Shown here piece by piece: positions 35,665-44,802 of a stretch of DNA of 64,000 bases. Under the pieces are notes generated by a model. It made no database searches. It was not told the origin of the DNA and worked only from the letters and a program-made list of their open reading frames with translations. The DNA comes from Thermoanaerobaculia bacterium (GTDB taxonomy: Bacteria; Acidobacteriota; Thermoanaerobaculia; UBA5066): NCBI GenBank assembly GCA_963719225.1, contig CAVRAY010000001.1, positions 2,048,001 through 2,112,000 on the forward strand, written 5' to 3'. Each line of letters begins with the position of its first letter. Position 1 is the first letter of the stretch. The translations under genes were made by a program, and so were the position numbers.

Positions 35665-37502
35665 TCCTCCGAAAGTGTAGCAGCGCCAACCGATCTTTCG
35701 GCTTCGCGAGTCTCCCGGAATCTCGTGATTCGCGCGGCGACCGCCTTCCCGGCGACCGCCGCGAGCGCTTCGTCCGTGGCCGCGAGGACCGCCTCGGCGC
35801 CGCCGAAAGCGGCGAGAAGCGTCCTCACGCGCGCGGGTCCCAGGCCGCCGATCGCGAGGAGCGGGCTCTCGAGGGCATGCTTGCCGCGCGCCCGCCTGTG
35901 CGTCTTCAGGCCGAACCGATGCGCCTCGTCGCGCGCCCGCTGGAGAAGCTTCAGGCCGGCGTTCGTCCGCGGCAGCACGATCGGCGCGGAGCGGCCCGGC
36001 ACGAACACCTGCTCCTCGCGCTTGGCGAGCGAGGCGGCGGCCATGTCGATTCCGATCCGGTCGAGCGCCCCGAGGGCCGCCGAAAGCTGGCCCTTGCCGC
36101 CGTCGATCACGAGAAGGTCCGGCAGCGGCCTCCCCTCGTCTTTCGCATGCGCGTAACGGCGCGAAACAGCCTCGGCGATGGACGCGAAGTCGTCGACCCC
36201 GGGCCGCTCGATGCGGAAGAGGCGGTACTCGCTTTTCGCGGGCTCGCCGTCCACGAAGACCGCGCACGACGCGTAGGTCTCGCTCCCCGAGAGGTGCGAA
36301 ATGTCGAAGCACTCGATCCGGGACGGCCGGCGGTCCAGGTCGAGGGCCCTCGCGAGGGCGAGCGTCGCCTTCTCGCCGCGCTCCCGCACGCGCCGGAAGC
36401 GCCTGAGGTGGTTCTGCCGCGCGTTGTCGCGGGCGATCTGGACCCGCTCGAAGGCCGCGCCCCGTCGCGGCGTCTTGATGACGACTTTCGAGCCCCGCCG
36501 CTCGGACAACCAGGTCTCGATCGGCTCGAGGGCGTCCTCGGGAAGATCAATCGGCAGGAGAACCTCGCGCGGCAGGAAAGAGCCGTCCGCGATCGTGTCG
36601 TAGTACTGCGAGAGGAGTGAAACCCAGAACTCCTCGGGAGGCACGTCGCCGATCCCCTCCCAGTAGTACTCGCGCGAATCGAGGACCACGCCTCCGCGCA
36701 CGAGGAGAACGGAAATCGCCAGATTCCCTCCGTCGAAGAAATCTCCGAAGACGTCCACGTCCTCGCCCGAGAGCGACTGGACGCGCTGTTTCTCCGCGAG
36801 CTCCTCGACCGTGCGCAGGCAATCACGGTATGCCGCCGCCATCTCGAAGCTCTCCGATTCGGCCGCCGCGCGCATCTTCACCTCGAGGCGCGGCCTCAGC
36901 TCTTCGTTCCGCCCGGAGAGGAACAGAAGCACATCCTTCACGGCGTCCGCATACGCGCTCGTCGTCGTGAGCCCGGCCACACATGGCCCGAGGCAGGCGT
37001 GCATGTCGTAATAGAGGCACGGGCGCGGCAGCGTGCCGTCGATCTCGATTCGGCACGTGCGGATCTGGAACATCCTCTGGACCATCTTCATCGCCCCGCG
37101 GCACGTGCGCGCCGGGAGAAAAGGCCCGAAATAGCTGTGGCCGTCCCTCAGCACCCGCCGCGTCACGAACGCGCGCGGCCAGTCCTCCCCCGTCGTGACC
37201 TTGATGTAGGGGTACGTCTTGTCGTCGCGAAGGAGGATGTTGTAGCGCGGCTTGTGCTTCTTGATGAACGCGTTCTCGAGGGCGAGCGCCTCACTCTCGG
37301 TCTTGGCGACGACCGTGTCGATCGAGACGAACTCGGCGAGCATCGCCTCGGTGCGGACGTGCCTCGGACCCGTGCTGAAGTACGACGCGAGCCGCTTGCG
37401 GATCGACCGCGCCTTCCCAACGTAGAGGATCTTCCCCTTCGCGTCCTTGTAGAGGTAGATCCCGGGCTGGTCGGGGTAGAGGGAAAGGTCGGGAACACCC
37501 AC
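35661..37502 (-). CDS. uvrC: Excinuclease ABC subunit C
   Basis: GIYLY...YVGKA (GIY-YIG), PRYNILLRDDKTYPY, RIECFDISH, IDGGKGQ, RDEAHRF. Confidence 0.97.
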   Translation of the reverse strand: MGVPDLSLYPDQPGIYLYKDAKGKILYVGKARSIRKRLASYFSTGPRHVRTEAMLAEFVSIDTVVAKTESEALALENAFIKKHKPRYNILLRDDKTYPYIKVTTGEDWPRAFVTRRVLRDGHSYFGPFLPARTCRGAMKMVQRMFQIRTCRIEIDGTLPRPCLYYDMHACLGPCVAGLTTTSAYADAVKDVLLFLSGRNEELRPRLEVKMRAAAESESFEMAAAYRDCLRTVEELAEKQRVQSLSGEDVDVFGDFFDGGNLAISVLLVRGGVVLDSREYYWEGIGDVPPEEFWVSLLSQYYDTIADGSFLPREVLLPIDLPEDALEPIETWLSERRGSKVVIKTPRRGAAFERVQIARDNARQNHLRRFRRVRERGEKATLALARALDLDRRPSRIECFDISHLSGSETYASCAVFVDGEPAKSEYRLFRIERPGVDDFASIAEAVSRRYAHAKDEGRPLPDLLVIDGGKGQLSAALGALDRIGIDMAAASLAKREEQVFVPGRSAPIVLPRTNAGLKLLQRARDEAHRFGLKTHRRARGKHALESPLLAIGGLGPARVRTLLAAFGGAEAVLAATDEALAAVAGKAVAARITRFRETREAERSVGAATLSEE

Positions 37503-37508
37503 GGGGAA

Positions 37509-37514
37509 AGTCTA
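37509..37514 (-). promoter_or_regulatory. Putative -10 box (TAGACT), leaderless-type, uvrC
   Basis: 6 nt (TTCCCC) before the GTG start. Confidence 0.5.
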
Positions 37515-37551
37515 ACGTCCGGCGGGCGCGGATTCTTCCGGGCGACGGCCT

Positions 37552-38193
37552 TCAGCCTCGTTCCTGGGGTCCCTCGCCGGCGTGCTGGGCCAGCTCCCAG
37601 AGGCGGCGGTACTCGGCGCGGACGCTCAGGTCGAGCCTCTTGTCGAAATCGACCGGAAGCCGCAGCTCCTCGATGAGGCGCTGAACGTCTCCCAGATCGA
37701 CGTGGAGGCGGTGCGGCGCCGAGAGGCCGGAAGCGATCTTCATCTCGATGAGCTTTTCGAGAGCAACGACGGCGTAGCCGCCACGGTCCACGGCGACCTT
37801 CGCTGGATCCGGAAAGACGACAGGTTTCGGTTTGCCGTCGCCAGGGAATTCGCCCGTCGTGAGCACCTCGATCTTGACGCCCGTCTCCGGGTCCCGAAAC
37901 GACTTGCGTGCCCCCGAGAAAGCGAGAACATAGCCGCGACCGACGAGGCGCTGATGGAACCGCTCCAGACCTTCGCGGTTCATCAGAACGTCGACATCCA
38001 CGGTTTCCCGCCGGTAGCCGTATAGATTCAAGGCCATGCCGCCGACGATGGCGTATGGAATCGACTCTTCCGCAAGGCGATCCACGAGCGAGCGGAGCGT
38101 GGTGTGAACCGCGCCTTTGCCGGCGAAGAAGTTCTCCGACTCTCGCAGGATCTCGTCCGCCGATCTCGCGTCCGGATATCGGATCTCGCTCAC
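37552..38193 (-). CDS. Stand-alone nucleotidyltransferase-fold protein
   Basis: YAIVGGMAL..YG.RRETVDVDVL (GG...DxD), LIEMK, D..D. Confidence 0.7.
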   Translation of the reverse strand: MSEIRYPDARSADEILRESENFFAGKGAVHTTLRSLVDRLAEESIPYAIVGGMALNLYGYRRETVDVDVLMNREGLERFHQRLVGRGYVLAFSGARKSFRDPETGVKIEVLTTGEFPGDGKPKPVVFPDPAKVAVDRGGYAVVALEKLIEMKIASGLSAPHRLHVDLGDVQRLIEELRLPVDFDKRLDLSVRAEYRRLWELAQHAGEGPQERG

Positions 38194-38199
38194 ACGACG

Positions 38200-38205
38200 A
38201 TTCTA
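38200..38205 (-). promoter_or_regulatory. Putative -10 box (TAGAAT), leaderless-type, nucleotidyltransferase gene
   Basis: 6 nt before the GTG start. Confidence 0.5.
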
Positions 38206-38219
38206 CGTTTCAGCAGCGC

Positions 38220-39869
38220 TCAGAACACCTTCCCGAGCCGCGAGGCGAGCGCCGAGACCTTCACGTAACCGAAGAACCGGCCGCTGCCCAGGAGCCCGAG
38301 GGCGTCGGGGACCTTCGTGAGCGGATCGTTCGAGTAGAGAGTGCCGAATGCGCTCCTCGTGAACGCGTGGAACGCGGCGTCGTACGGGTACCACCACGGC
38401 ATCGCCGGCGTGCCCCCGAAGTCCACGCTCACGTGCTTGATGTTCACGAGCTCGTGGAGGCCGAAGCCCGCGTGGCTCCGGCCGAGGCCGGACTTCTTCA
38501 CGCCGCCCCACGTCGCGGTGGGCTCGCCGAAGGAGAACAGGTGGTCGTTGATCGTGACCGTGCCCGCCTGCAGCTCCTCCGCGAGCTTCCGCGCGGTCCG
38601 CCGCGAGCGCGTCCACCCCGAGGCGGTCAGCCCGAACGAGGAGTCGTTCGCGAGCCGGATGGCCTCGTCGAGCGAGTCCACCGACATGACGGGAAGGAGC
38701 GGCCCGAACGTCTCGTCGCACATGGCGTGCATCGCGTGGTCGACGCCCGTGAGGACGGTCGGAGGGAACCACCATCCTTTCGCGCTCGGGCGCTCGCCTC
38801 CCACGAGGACTTTCGCGCCCTTCGACACGGCGTCCTGGAGATGTTCCTCCACGAGGTCCCGCTGGCTCGACGTCGTGAGTGGACCCATGTCGGTCGTCTT
38901 CGAGAGCGGATTGCCGAGGCGAAGCGCCTTCGTCCGCGCGACGATCTTCGAAAGCAGCTCGTCGGCGACCTCCTTCACGACGTAGACGCGCTCGACGGAG
39001 CCGCAGGTCTGGCCGGCGTTCACGAACGCCCCCCAGACGAGGCCCGCGGCTGTCCGGTCGAGGTCCGCGTCGGCCGCCACGACCGCCGCGTCCTTGCCGC
39101 CGAGCTCGAGCACGACGCCCGTGAGGTTCTTCGCCGCGCGCTGCATGACCTCGACGCCCGTCTGGACGGACCCCGTGAAGAGCACTTTCGCGATGCCTGT
39201 GTGCTCGATGAGGACGTTCGTGTCCGCGCCGCCGGCCGTCACGACGTTCACGACACCGGGCGGCAGGCCCGCGCGCCGGCAGAGGTCTCCGACGGCGAGA
39301 CCCGTGAGCGCCGTGGCCGACGCGGGCTTCAGGACGACCGTATTACCCGCCGCGAGGCACGCCGCGATCTCGACGAACGGGATTCCGAACGGGAAGTTCC
39401 AGGGCGTCACGACCGCGATGACGCCGAGAGGCTCGAAGCGGAAGCGGCCCTGCTTGTGCGCGAAGAGGATCTGCGCGTAGTCGATGGGCTGCTCGGCGAG
39501 GAGCGCGCCCGCGTGGCGCGAAAGGTACCGGAGCGTGTCGGCTGCGGGCACGATGTCCACCGCACGCGCCTCGCCCACGGGCTTGCCCTGCTCGGTCGCG
39601 ACGAGGCGGGCCACGTCGTCGTGCGCGCGGCGCACTTCCTCGAGGAGGCGTGCGAGGTACCTCTGCCGGTCGGCCACCGGGGTCTTCGACCACGAGAGGA
39701 AAGCCTTCCGGGCCGAGCCGACGGCCATGTCGATCTCGCGCGGCCCGGCCCGGACCACCTCCGCGAACGGCTCCTCCGTGGCGGGGTTCACGGCCGCGAA
39801 AACGGCGCCCGTCTTAACGTCCTGGCCGTCGATGATCGGCGCGTTCGTGAAGGGGAACGAAGACTTCAA
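38220..39869 (-). CDS. Aldehyde dehydrogenase family protein
   Basis: TPWNFP, LKPAS, FTGS, ELGGKD, GQTC, ETFGP, GGVKKSG. TTG start at 39869 overlaps the upstream TGA. Confidence 0.93.
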   Translation of the reverse strand: MKSSFPFTNAPIIDGQDVKTGAVFAAVNPATEEPFAEVVRAGPREIDMAVGSARKAFLSWSKTPVADRQRYLARLLEEVRRAHDDVARLVATEQGKPVGEARAVDIVPAADTLRYLSRHAGALLAEQPIDYAQILFAHKQGRFRFEPLGVIAVVTPWNFPFGIPFVEIAACLAAGNTVVLKPASATALTGLAVGDLCRRAGLPPGVVNVVTAGGADTNVLIEHTGIAKVLFTGSVQTGVEVMQRAAKNLTGVVLELGGKDAAVVAADADLDRTAAGLVWGAFVNAGQTCGSVERVYVVKEVADELLSKIVARTKALRLGNPLSKTTDMGPLTTSSQRDLVEEHLQDAVSKGAKVLVGGERPSAKGWWFPPTVLTGVDHAMHAMCDETFGPLLPVMSVDSLDEAIRLANDSSFGLTASGWTRSRRTARKLAEELQAGTVTINDHLFSFGEPTATWGGVKKSGLGRSHAGFGLHELVNIKHVSVDFGGTPAMPWWYPYDAAFHAFTRSAFGTLYSNDPLTKVPDALGLLGSGRFFGYVKVSALASRLGKVF

Positions 39870-40975
39870 ATCATCGCTCCGCGCTTGATCGTGTCTTTCT
39901 TCGTCCGCCAGAAGGCGACGAGCTTCTGGACGTAGTCCACGAACGGGGGGCAAACGACGCCGAAGCGCGCGAGGTCCGCCGTGGCCTGCGTCGAGTCGTA
40001 GCTCACGGGATGGTCGAAGTAGTCGATCGACTGAACGGGCATCCCGAACCGCTTCTGGATCACGGCCGGCGTGAAGAGGAGCTTCGCGACGAGGTGCGGG
40101 ACGGGCACGTAGACGAACGACTTCCCGAGCGCCTTCGCGAACATCTCCTCGATCTCGAACGCGGTCGACGGATGCGGGTCCGTGAGGTGATACGTCTTTC
40201 CGACCGCGCCTTCCCACGTCGAGAGGCGCGCGATCGCCTCGAGGACGAAGTCCACCGGCACGAGGTTTACCGGGGCGTCTCCCGTCCCAACCTTGATGAA
40301 GGCGCCGGGCGACGGCAGGACTCCCATCGCGTTCAGCGAGTAGTAGGGGCCATCGAACTTCGCCGTCTCCCCCGTCTTCGAGCTGCCCACGACGATGCCC
40401 GGCCGGTAAATCGCCGCCGGCACACCGCTTTCCTTGACGGCCACCTCGGCGAGGAACTTCGTCTCTTCATAGAAGTTCTTGAAGTTCTGCCCGACGTCGA
40501 GGTCCGTCTCCCGGTACGTCCCGACGGCGGTGCCCGAGACGTACGCCGTCGAGACGTAGTCGAGGCGCCGGAGGGAAGGCGCGTTCCCGAGGAACTCGAG
40601 GACGTTCTTCGTGCCCTCGACGTTGATGCGCATGCCCACGTCGCGTTGGACCGCGAGGTCGTAGACGGCCGCGAGGTGGCAGCAGCCCGCGAGGCTCTTC
40701 TGGAGCTCCTTCGCCTTCGACGCGGCGAGGCCGAGGCCGGGCGCCGTGATGTCGCCGACGACGAGGCGGATGCGGCCTTTCGTGCCGGGATGCTCCTGGG
40801 CGAGCGCGGCGACGGACCCGTCGGCCGTCGCGAGAAACTTCTCCTGGACGAGCGCGTGAAAGGTCGTGTCGGGCGCGAGCTCGAGGAGGCGCGGGATGAG
40901 ACGCGCGCCGATGAACCCGGGAAAGCCCGTGAAGAGGACGTGCCGGCCTCCGGAAGAGGAGCGGGATCTGGCCAT
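39866..40975 (-). CDS. Extended SDR / thioester-reductase (NAD_binding_4)-like oxidoreductase
   Basis: TGFPGFIG, GDIT..GLGL, HLAA, NVEGT, YVSTAYV, YEETK, RPGIVVG, VPVDFV. Confidence 0.88.
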   Translation of the reverse strand: MARSRSSSGGRHVLFTGFPGFIGARLIPRLLELAPDTTFHALVQEKFLATADGSVAALAQEHPGTKGRIRLVVGDITAPGLGLAASKAKELQKSLAGCCHLAAVYDLAVQRDVGMRINVEGTKNVLEFLGNAPSLRRLDYVSTAYVSGTAVGTYRETDLDVGQNFKNFYEETKFLAEVAVKESGVPAAIYRPGIVVGSSKTGETAKFDGPYYSLNAMGVLPSPGAFIKVGTGDAPVNLVPVDFVLEAIARLSTWEGAVGKTYHLTDPHPSTAFEIEEMFAKALGKSFVYVPVPHLVAKLLFTPAVIQKRFGMPVQSIDYFDHPVSYDSTQATADLARFGVVCPPFVDYVQKLVAFWRTKKDTIKRGAMI

Positions 40976-40997
40976 AAGAGTGAAAGTGTAGCCCCTG

Positions 40998-41789
40998 CTA
41001 AAGCTCCGTGCCAAAGGCCGGATCCTCCAGCAGCCGGCGATTGAAGTCCGCGATCCGCCCGAGCATTTCGGTCGGGCGCGCGCACGGCCCGCCGTCGAGC
41101 GTGACGATCGGCGTCGCCATCGTCAACGAGCCGAGGAGAATCGAACCCGCACGGAGGTTTTCCGCGTTCAGCGGCGCCGAGGCGGCGTGGCCGCCGAAAA
41201 AGGCCGCCGCGGTGACGCTGGGGAGGACCCCTTTCGGCGCGAGGACCGGCGTGCCGCCGTTCCAGGCGGCAAGTCCCGTCGTCGTGCCCTCGAGGTAGTT
41301 CCCATCCGGTGAGCGGAACAACCCCTCGTCACCGCCGGCTTTCTTCGCGAGACGCCCCCCCTGGATCGCCGCGAAGTAGCTCGTGGATTTCACGCCGGGC
41401 GTGTCCCGTTGAAGCTCGAAGGGCAGAGAAATGCAGTGCGAGCCGCTCCTGCGGACGAGACGGCTCTCGGGAATCGGCAGGATGTGTGCCTCGAGGCGGT
41501 ACGACGCCGGCTCGTCCACGTCCTCGCCCTCGGCGAACCACGTGAGCCGCAGCGCGCGCTGTTCCGCCGGCTTGGAGGGCGACGCGTCGAGGACGGATTT
41601 CGCGGCGGCGTTGAGCCTTTCGCGCGAAGGTTTCGGGAGGTCGTGCTCCGAGAGGATGCGGTGCATCCGGTCGAGGTGCGGCTCCCACAGGACGGCGCGC
41701 CGCCCGGCGAGGAGAGCCGTTTCGAAGAAACCGAAGCCGCGCTGTACGGCGGGCGAGAGAAACGGGACCGGCGCGTATTCAGGGCTCAC
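40998..41789 (-). CDS. pabC: Class IV aminotransferase / aminodeoxychorismate lyase-like
   Basis: GFGFFET, HLDRM, KSTSY (PLP Lys), EGTT, LPSVT; downstream of the pabB-like gene. Confidence 0.72.
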   Translation of the reverse strand: MSPEYAPVPFLSPAVQRGFGFFETALLAGRRAVLWEPHLDRMHRILSEHDLPKPSRERLNAAAKSVLDASPSKPAEQRALRLTWFAEGEDVDEPASYRLEAHILPIPESRLVRRSGSHCISLPFELQRDTPGVKSTSYFAAIQGGRLAKKAGGDEGLFRSPDGNYLEGTTTGLAAWNGGTPVLAPKGVLPSVTAAAFFGGHAASAPLNAENLRAGSILLGSLTMATPIVTLDGGPCARPTEMLGRIADFNRRLLEDPAFGTEL

Positions 41790-42987
41790 GTCGCACCTCC
41801 GGCTCGCCGAGCGCCGCCATCGCCGCCTCGAATTCCCGCGACTTCGCCTCCGTCTCGCGCCACTCGGCCTCCGCGTTCGAGTCCCACACGATTCCGCCTC
41901 CCGCGTGGTAGTCCACTGTATCCCGGCCGAGGATCGCCGTCCGGATCGCGACGTTGAAAACCGCCCGGCCGTCGCCGCGCACGAATCCCGTGGCTCCGCA
42001 ATACGCGCCGCGCGGCACCGTCTCAAGGTCGCGGATGAACCGCAGCGCCGCGCGCTTCGGCGCCCCCGTGATCGAGCCTCCGGGCAGCGTCGCGCGGAGG
42101 ACGTCGGAAAGCCGCACCTCCGGCCGCAAGCGCGCCTCCACCGTGGATTCCAGGTGATGCAGGTGGCGGAAGGACGTCAGCGTCCTCAGCGCGGTCGTCT
42201 CGACCTGCCCCGGCTCGGCCACCTTGCCGAGATCGTTCCTCAGGAGGTCCACGATCATCACGTTTTCGGCGGCGTCCTTAGGGGAAGTCAGAAGTTCACG
42301 GCGCCGGGCGGCGTCCTCGGCCTCCGTCGCGCCGCGGCCGATCGTGCCCTTGATCGGCTTCGTGACCGCGCGCCGCGCCGCGAGATCCACGTCGAGGAAC
42401 AGCTCCGGCGAGTTCGAGACGACGGCCCAGTCGTCCTCGGCGAGCGTCATGGCGAAGGGCACGGGGTTGTCGCGGTAGAGGGCATGTGCGAGGGCAACGG
42501 GCTCGACGCGTCCCGCGAAGCGCGTGCGGCGCGAGAGATTGACTTGATAGACGTCGCCGCGGGCGATCCCGGCGCGGATGGCCTCGACACCTCTCCTCCA
42601 TGAGTCCGAGGAGAGCACGCGCTCCGCGCGTGCCGGTTCTTTGAAGGTGAATAAAGAAGATTCGGATGGGGATGGCGGCGCGGAACGTTGGACGCCGGAG
42701 CGGCGGCCATCGAAAACGGAGAATTCTGCGAAGGGAAGAAATTCATGCTGCCTGACGAGCCCCGTCGAGCCTTCGAGGAAAACGCCCGCTTCGTAGGAAA
42801 TGAACCCCGCGGCGATGAGGTTCGGATCGCCTGACTCTGCGATTTCGTCCAGCGACGCGAGCACGTCGGGCAGCTGCCGAGGAGTTTCGGCGCGCAGGAT
42901 TCTTTCTTCACCTTCTAAGAAAATCCCGGGTCCTCTTCCCTCTCCCAGTCCCCACCCCTCCCCGTTGAAGAGAACGTTCATGGTCAT
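41779..42987 (-). CDS. pabB: Aminodeoxychorismate synthase / anthranilate synthase component I family
   Basis: GFISYEAG, GDVYQVNLS, SPELF, KPIKGT, AENVMIVDLLRNDL, PGGSITGAPK, FNVAIRT, GGGIV. Confidence 0.8.
   Translation of the reverse strand: MTMNVLFNGEGWGLGEGRGPGIFLEGEERILRAETPRQLPDVLASLDEIAESGDPNLIAAGFISYEAGVFLEGSTGLVRQHEFLPFAEFSVFDGRRSGVQRSAPPSPSESSLFTFKEPARAERVLSSDSWRRGVEAIRAGIARGDVYQVNLSRRTRFAGRVEPVALAHALYRDNPVPFAMTLAEDDWAVVSNSPELFLDVDLAARRAVTKPIKGTIGRGATEAEDAARRRELLTSPKDAAENVMIVDLLRNDLGKVAEPGQVETTALRTLTSFRHLHHLESTVEARLRPEVRLSDVLRATLPGGSITGAPKRAALRFIRDLETVPRGAYCGATGFVRGDGRAVFNVAIRTAILGRDTVDYHAGGGIVWDSNAEAEWRETEAKSREFEAAMAALGEPEVRREP
42636..42927. repeat. Dispersed motif, three copies in the pabB 5' region
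   Basis: + TTC-TTT-GAA-GGTGAATAAAG (42641); + GAA-TTC-TGC-GAA-GGGAAG (42728); - GGGATT-TTC-TTA-GAA-GGTGAAGAAAG (42917). Confidence 0.7.
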
Positions 42988-42997
42988 CGTCTAGTCT

Positions 42998-43426
42998 ATG
43001 GGGACCGTGAGCTCTTCCCATCCCGCAGTCGAGACCTCCCTCCAGGTGCGCTATGCCGAGACGGACGCGCAGCGCGTCGTCTATCACGCCAACTACATCA
43101 TCTGGTTCGAGGTCGCGCGCACGACTTACTGCGAGCACGCCGGCTACCCCTATCCGCGCATGGAGGCGGAGGGCTCGTTCATCACCGTCACCGAGGCGCA
43201 CGTGCGCTATCGCCGGGCCGTGCGGTACGGAGACACCGTGAAGGTCCGCGCCCGGATGACGGAGCTGAAGAGCCGGGGTTGCACCTTCCACTACGAGATC
43301 GTCCTCCCCGACGGCGCGCTCGCGGCCGAAGGAGAGACGCAGCATCTCTTCCTCGACGCGTCCGGCCGCCCGCGCACCGTGCCCGAGCCGATCTCGAAGG
43401 CCTTCCGGGAGTTCGCGCGGCTCTGA
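42998..43426 (+). CDS. Acyl-CoA thioesterase (YbgC/4HBT hot-dog fold)
   Basis: VRYAETDAQRVVYHANYIIWFEVAR. Start may be GTG 43007. Confidence 0.9.
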   Translation: MGTVSSSHPAVETSLQVRYAETDAQRVVYHANYIIWFEVARTTYCEHAGYPYPRMEAEGSFITVTEAHVRYRRAVRYGDTVKVRARMTELKSRGCTFHYEIVLPDGALAAEGETQHLFLDASGRPRTVPEPISKAFREFARL

Positions 43427-43441
43427 AGCGCGGGGACTGGC

Positions 43442-43930
43442 CTACCCGCCGTTCGGCATCTTCCTCTTCAGCGCGCGGTGGACGATGGCCGGGACGAGAC
43501 CCGAGACGTTGCCGCCGAGCTGGTGGACCTGCTTCACGAGGCGGCTCGACGTGTAGGACAGCTCCTCTTTCGGCGTCAGGAAGAGCGTCTCGACCTGGGG
43601 CCCGAGCCGGCGGTTCATGAGCGCCATCTGGAACTCGTGCTCGAAGTCCGACACGGCTCTGAGGCCGCGCACGACGATGCGCGCGTTCTCCTTGCGCATG
43701 AAGTCCACGAGGAGGCCCTTGAACGACTTCACGACGACCTTCGGCTCGCGCCTGAAGATCGCACGCATCATCTGGAGGCGCTCCTCCACGGTGAAGAGCG
43801 GCTCCTTCTCGGTGTCGATGAGGACGGCGACGAGCACCCTGTCGAAGATGCTGCAGCCCCGTCTGATGAGGTCGACGTGGCCGTTCGTCATCGGATCGAA
43901 CGTGCCCGGATAGACGGCGGTGCGCTTCAC
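43442..43930 (-). CDS. coaD: Phosphopantetheine adenylyltransferase
   Basis: AVYPGTFDPMTNGH, VRGLRAVSDFEHE, SSRLVK. Confidence 0.97.
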   Translation of the reverse strand: MKRTAVYPGTFDPMTNGHVDLIRRGCSIFDRVLVAVLIDTEKEPLFTVEERLQMMRAIFRREPKVVVKSFKGLLVDFMRKENARIVVRGLRAVSDFEHEFQMALMNRRLGPQVETLFLTPKEELSYTSSRLVKQVHQLGGNVSGLVPAIVHRALKRKMPNGG

Positions 43931-44802
43931 GCGAGCCGGGATTGTACGTCCCCTCGCCGGCCCAGGAACGCGTCGCCAAGCCGTCGAGCCGTCCAGACGA
44001 GGAGGAAGAGAGCGAGCGCGGGCGGCAGGACGCACCACCAGGCGTCCGGAAGGAGATTGCGCGCTTCCGCCAGCGCGCGCCCCCAGGACGCAGTCGGCGG
44101 CGGAGCGCCGAGCCCGAGGAACGACAGTCCCGCCTCCGTGAGAACGGCCGAGCCGAGCACGTACGGCAGCGTCGCGAGCGCCGGAGGAAGCGCATGCGGG
44201 AGGACGTGCACGAGGAGCAGGCGGGCGTTCGACGCGCCCGTCGCCCGCGCCGCGTCGACGAACGCCTCGTTTCGCAGGCGCTGCGTGCCCGCGCGCACGA
44301 GGCGCGCTGCGTCGGTCCACCCGGTCAGGGCGATGAGCAGCGCCGCGACGAGAAAAGACGGGTTCAGGAAAGCCGCGCCCGCGATCACGAGGACGAGAGC
44401 CGGGAGCGCCTGCACGATCTGAAGGAAGAGCAGCACGACGCGGTCCGTTCGACCGCCGGCCCAGCCCGCGAGCGTTCCGAGCGCGGCCCCGAGCCCGAGC
44501 GCGAGCGCGGAAGCGAGGAGTCCCGCCGCGACGGAAAGCCGCGTGCCGTGAAGGACCCGGGAAAGGACGTCGCGGCCGAGCTCGTCGGTTCCCAGGAGGT
44601 GCTGTCTCCCGGGCGCCGCGAGCCGCCGGTCAAGGTCCACCGCATCGGGATCGTACGGGACGGGGGCGCTCACGATCGTCTCGCCGCCGCGTCCGGAGAT
44701 CCACGGTTTTTCGCGGGCGACGACAGGTGCCAGGAGCGCCAGCACGGGAAACAGCGCGAAGGCAAGCCCCGCGCGCCGGAAAGCCCTCCCCGCGGCCGTC
44801 AC
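43927..44802 (-). CDS. Peptide/nickel ABC transporter permease (OppC/DppC-like)
   Basis: HLLGTDELGRDVLSR, FVDAARATGA, HVLP, EAGLSFLGLG..PP.ASWG. Confidence 0.9.
   Translation of the reverse strand: MTAAGRAFRRAGLAFALFPVLALLAPVVAREKPWISGRGGETIVSAPVPYDPDAVDLDRRLAAPGRQHLLGTDELGRDVLSRVLHGTRLSVAAGLLASALALGLGAALGTLAGWAGGRTDRVVLLFLQIVQALPALVLVIAGAAFLNPSFLVAALLIALTGWTDAARLVRAGTQRLRNEAFVDAARATGASNARLLLVHVLPHALPPALATLPYVLGSAVLTEAGLSFLGLGAPPPTASWGRALAEARNLLPDAWWCVLPPALALFLLVWTARRLGDAFLGRRGDVQSRLA

Noticed and set aside
36725-36746. Degenerate motif-like copies (minus GATTTCTTCGACGG in uvrC; also near 24700-24750 and 63480)
   Set aside because: Core mismatches and weak purine flanks; not counted without a PWM score.
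40996-41014. Possible sigma-54 promoter TGGCACGGAGCTTTAGCA upstream of the SDR gene
   Set aside because: GG-to-GC spacing is 12 nt rather than the required 10, and a sigma-70-type -10 box lies just downstream.
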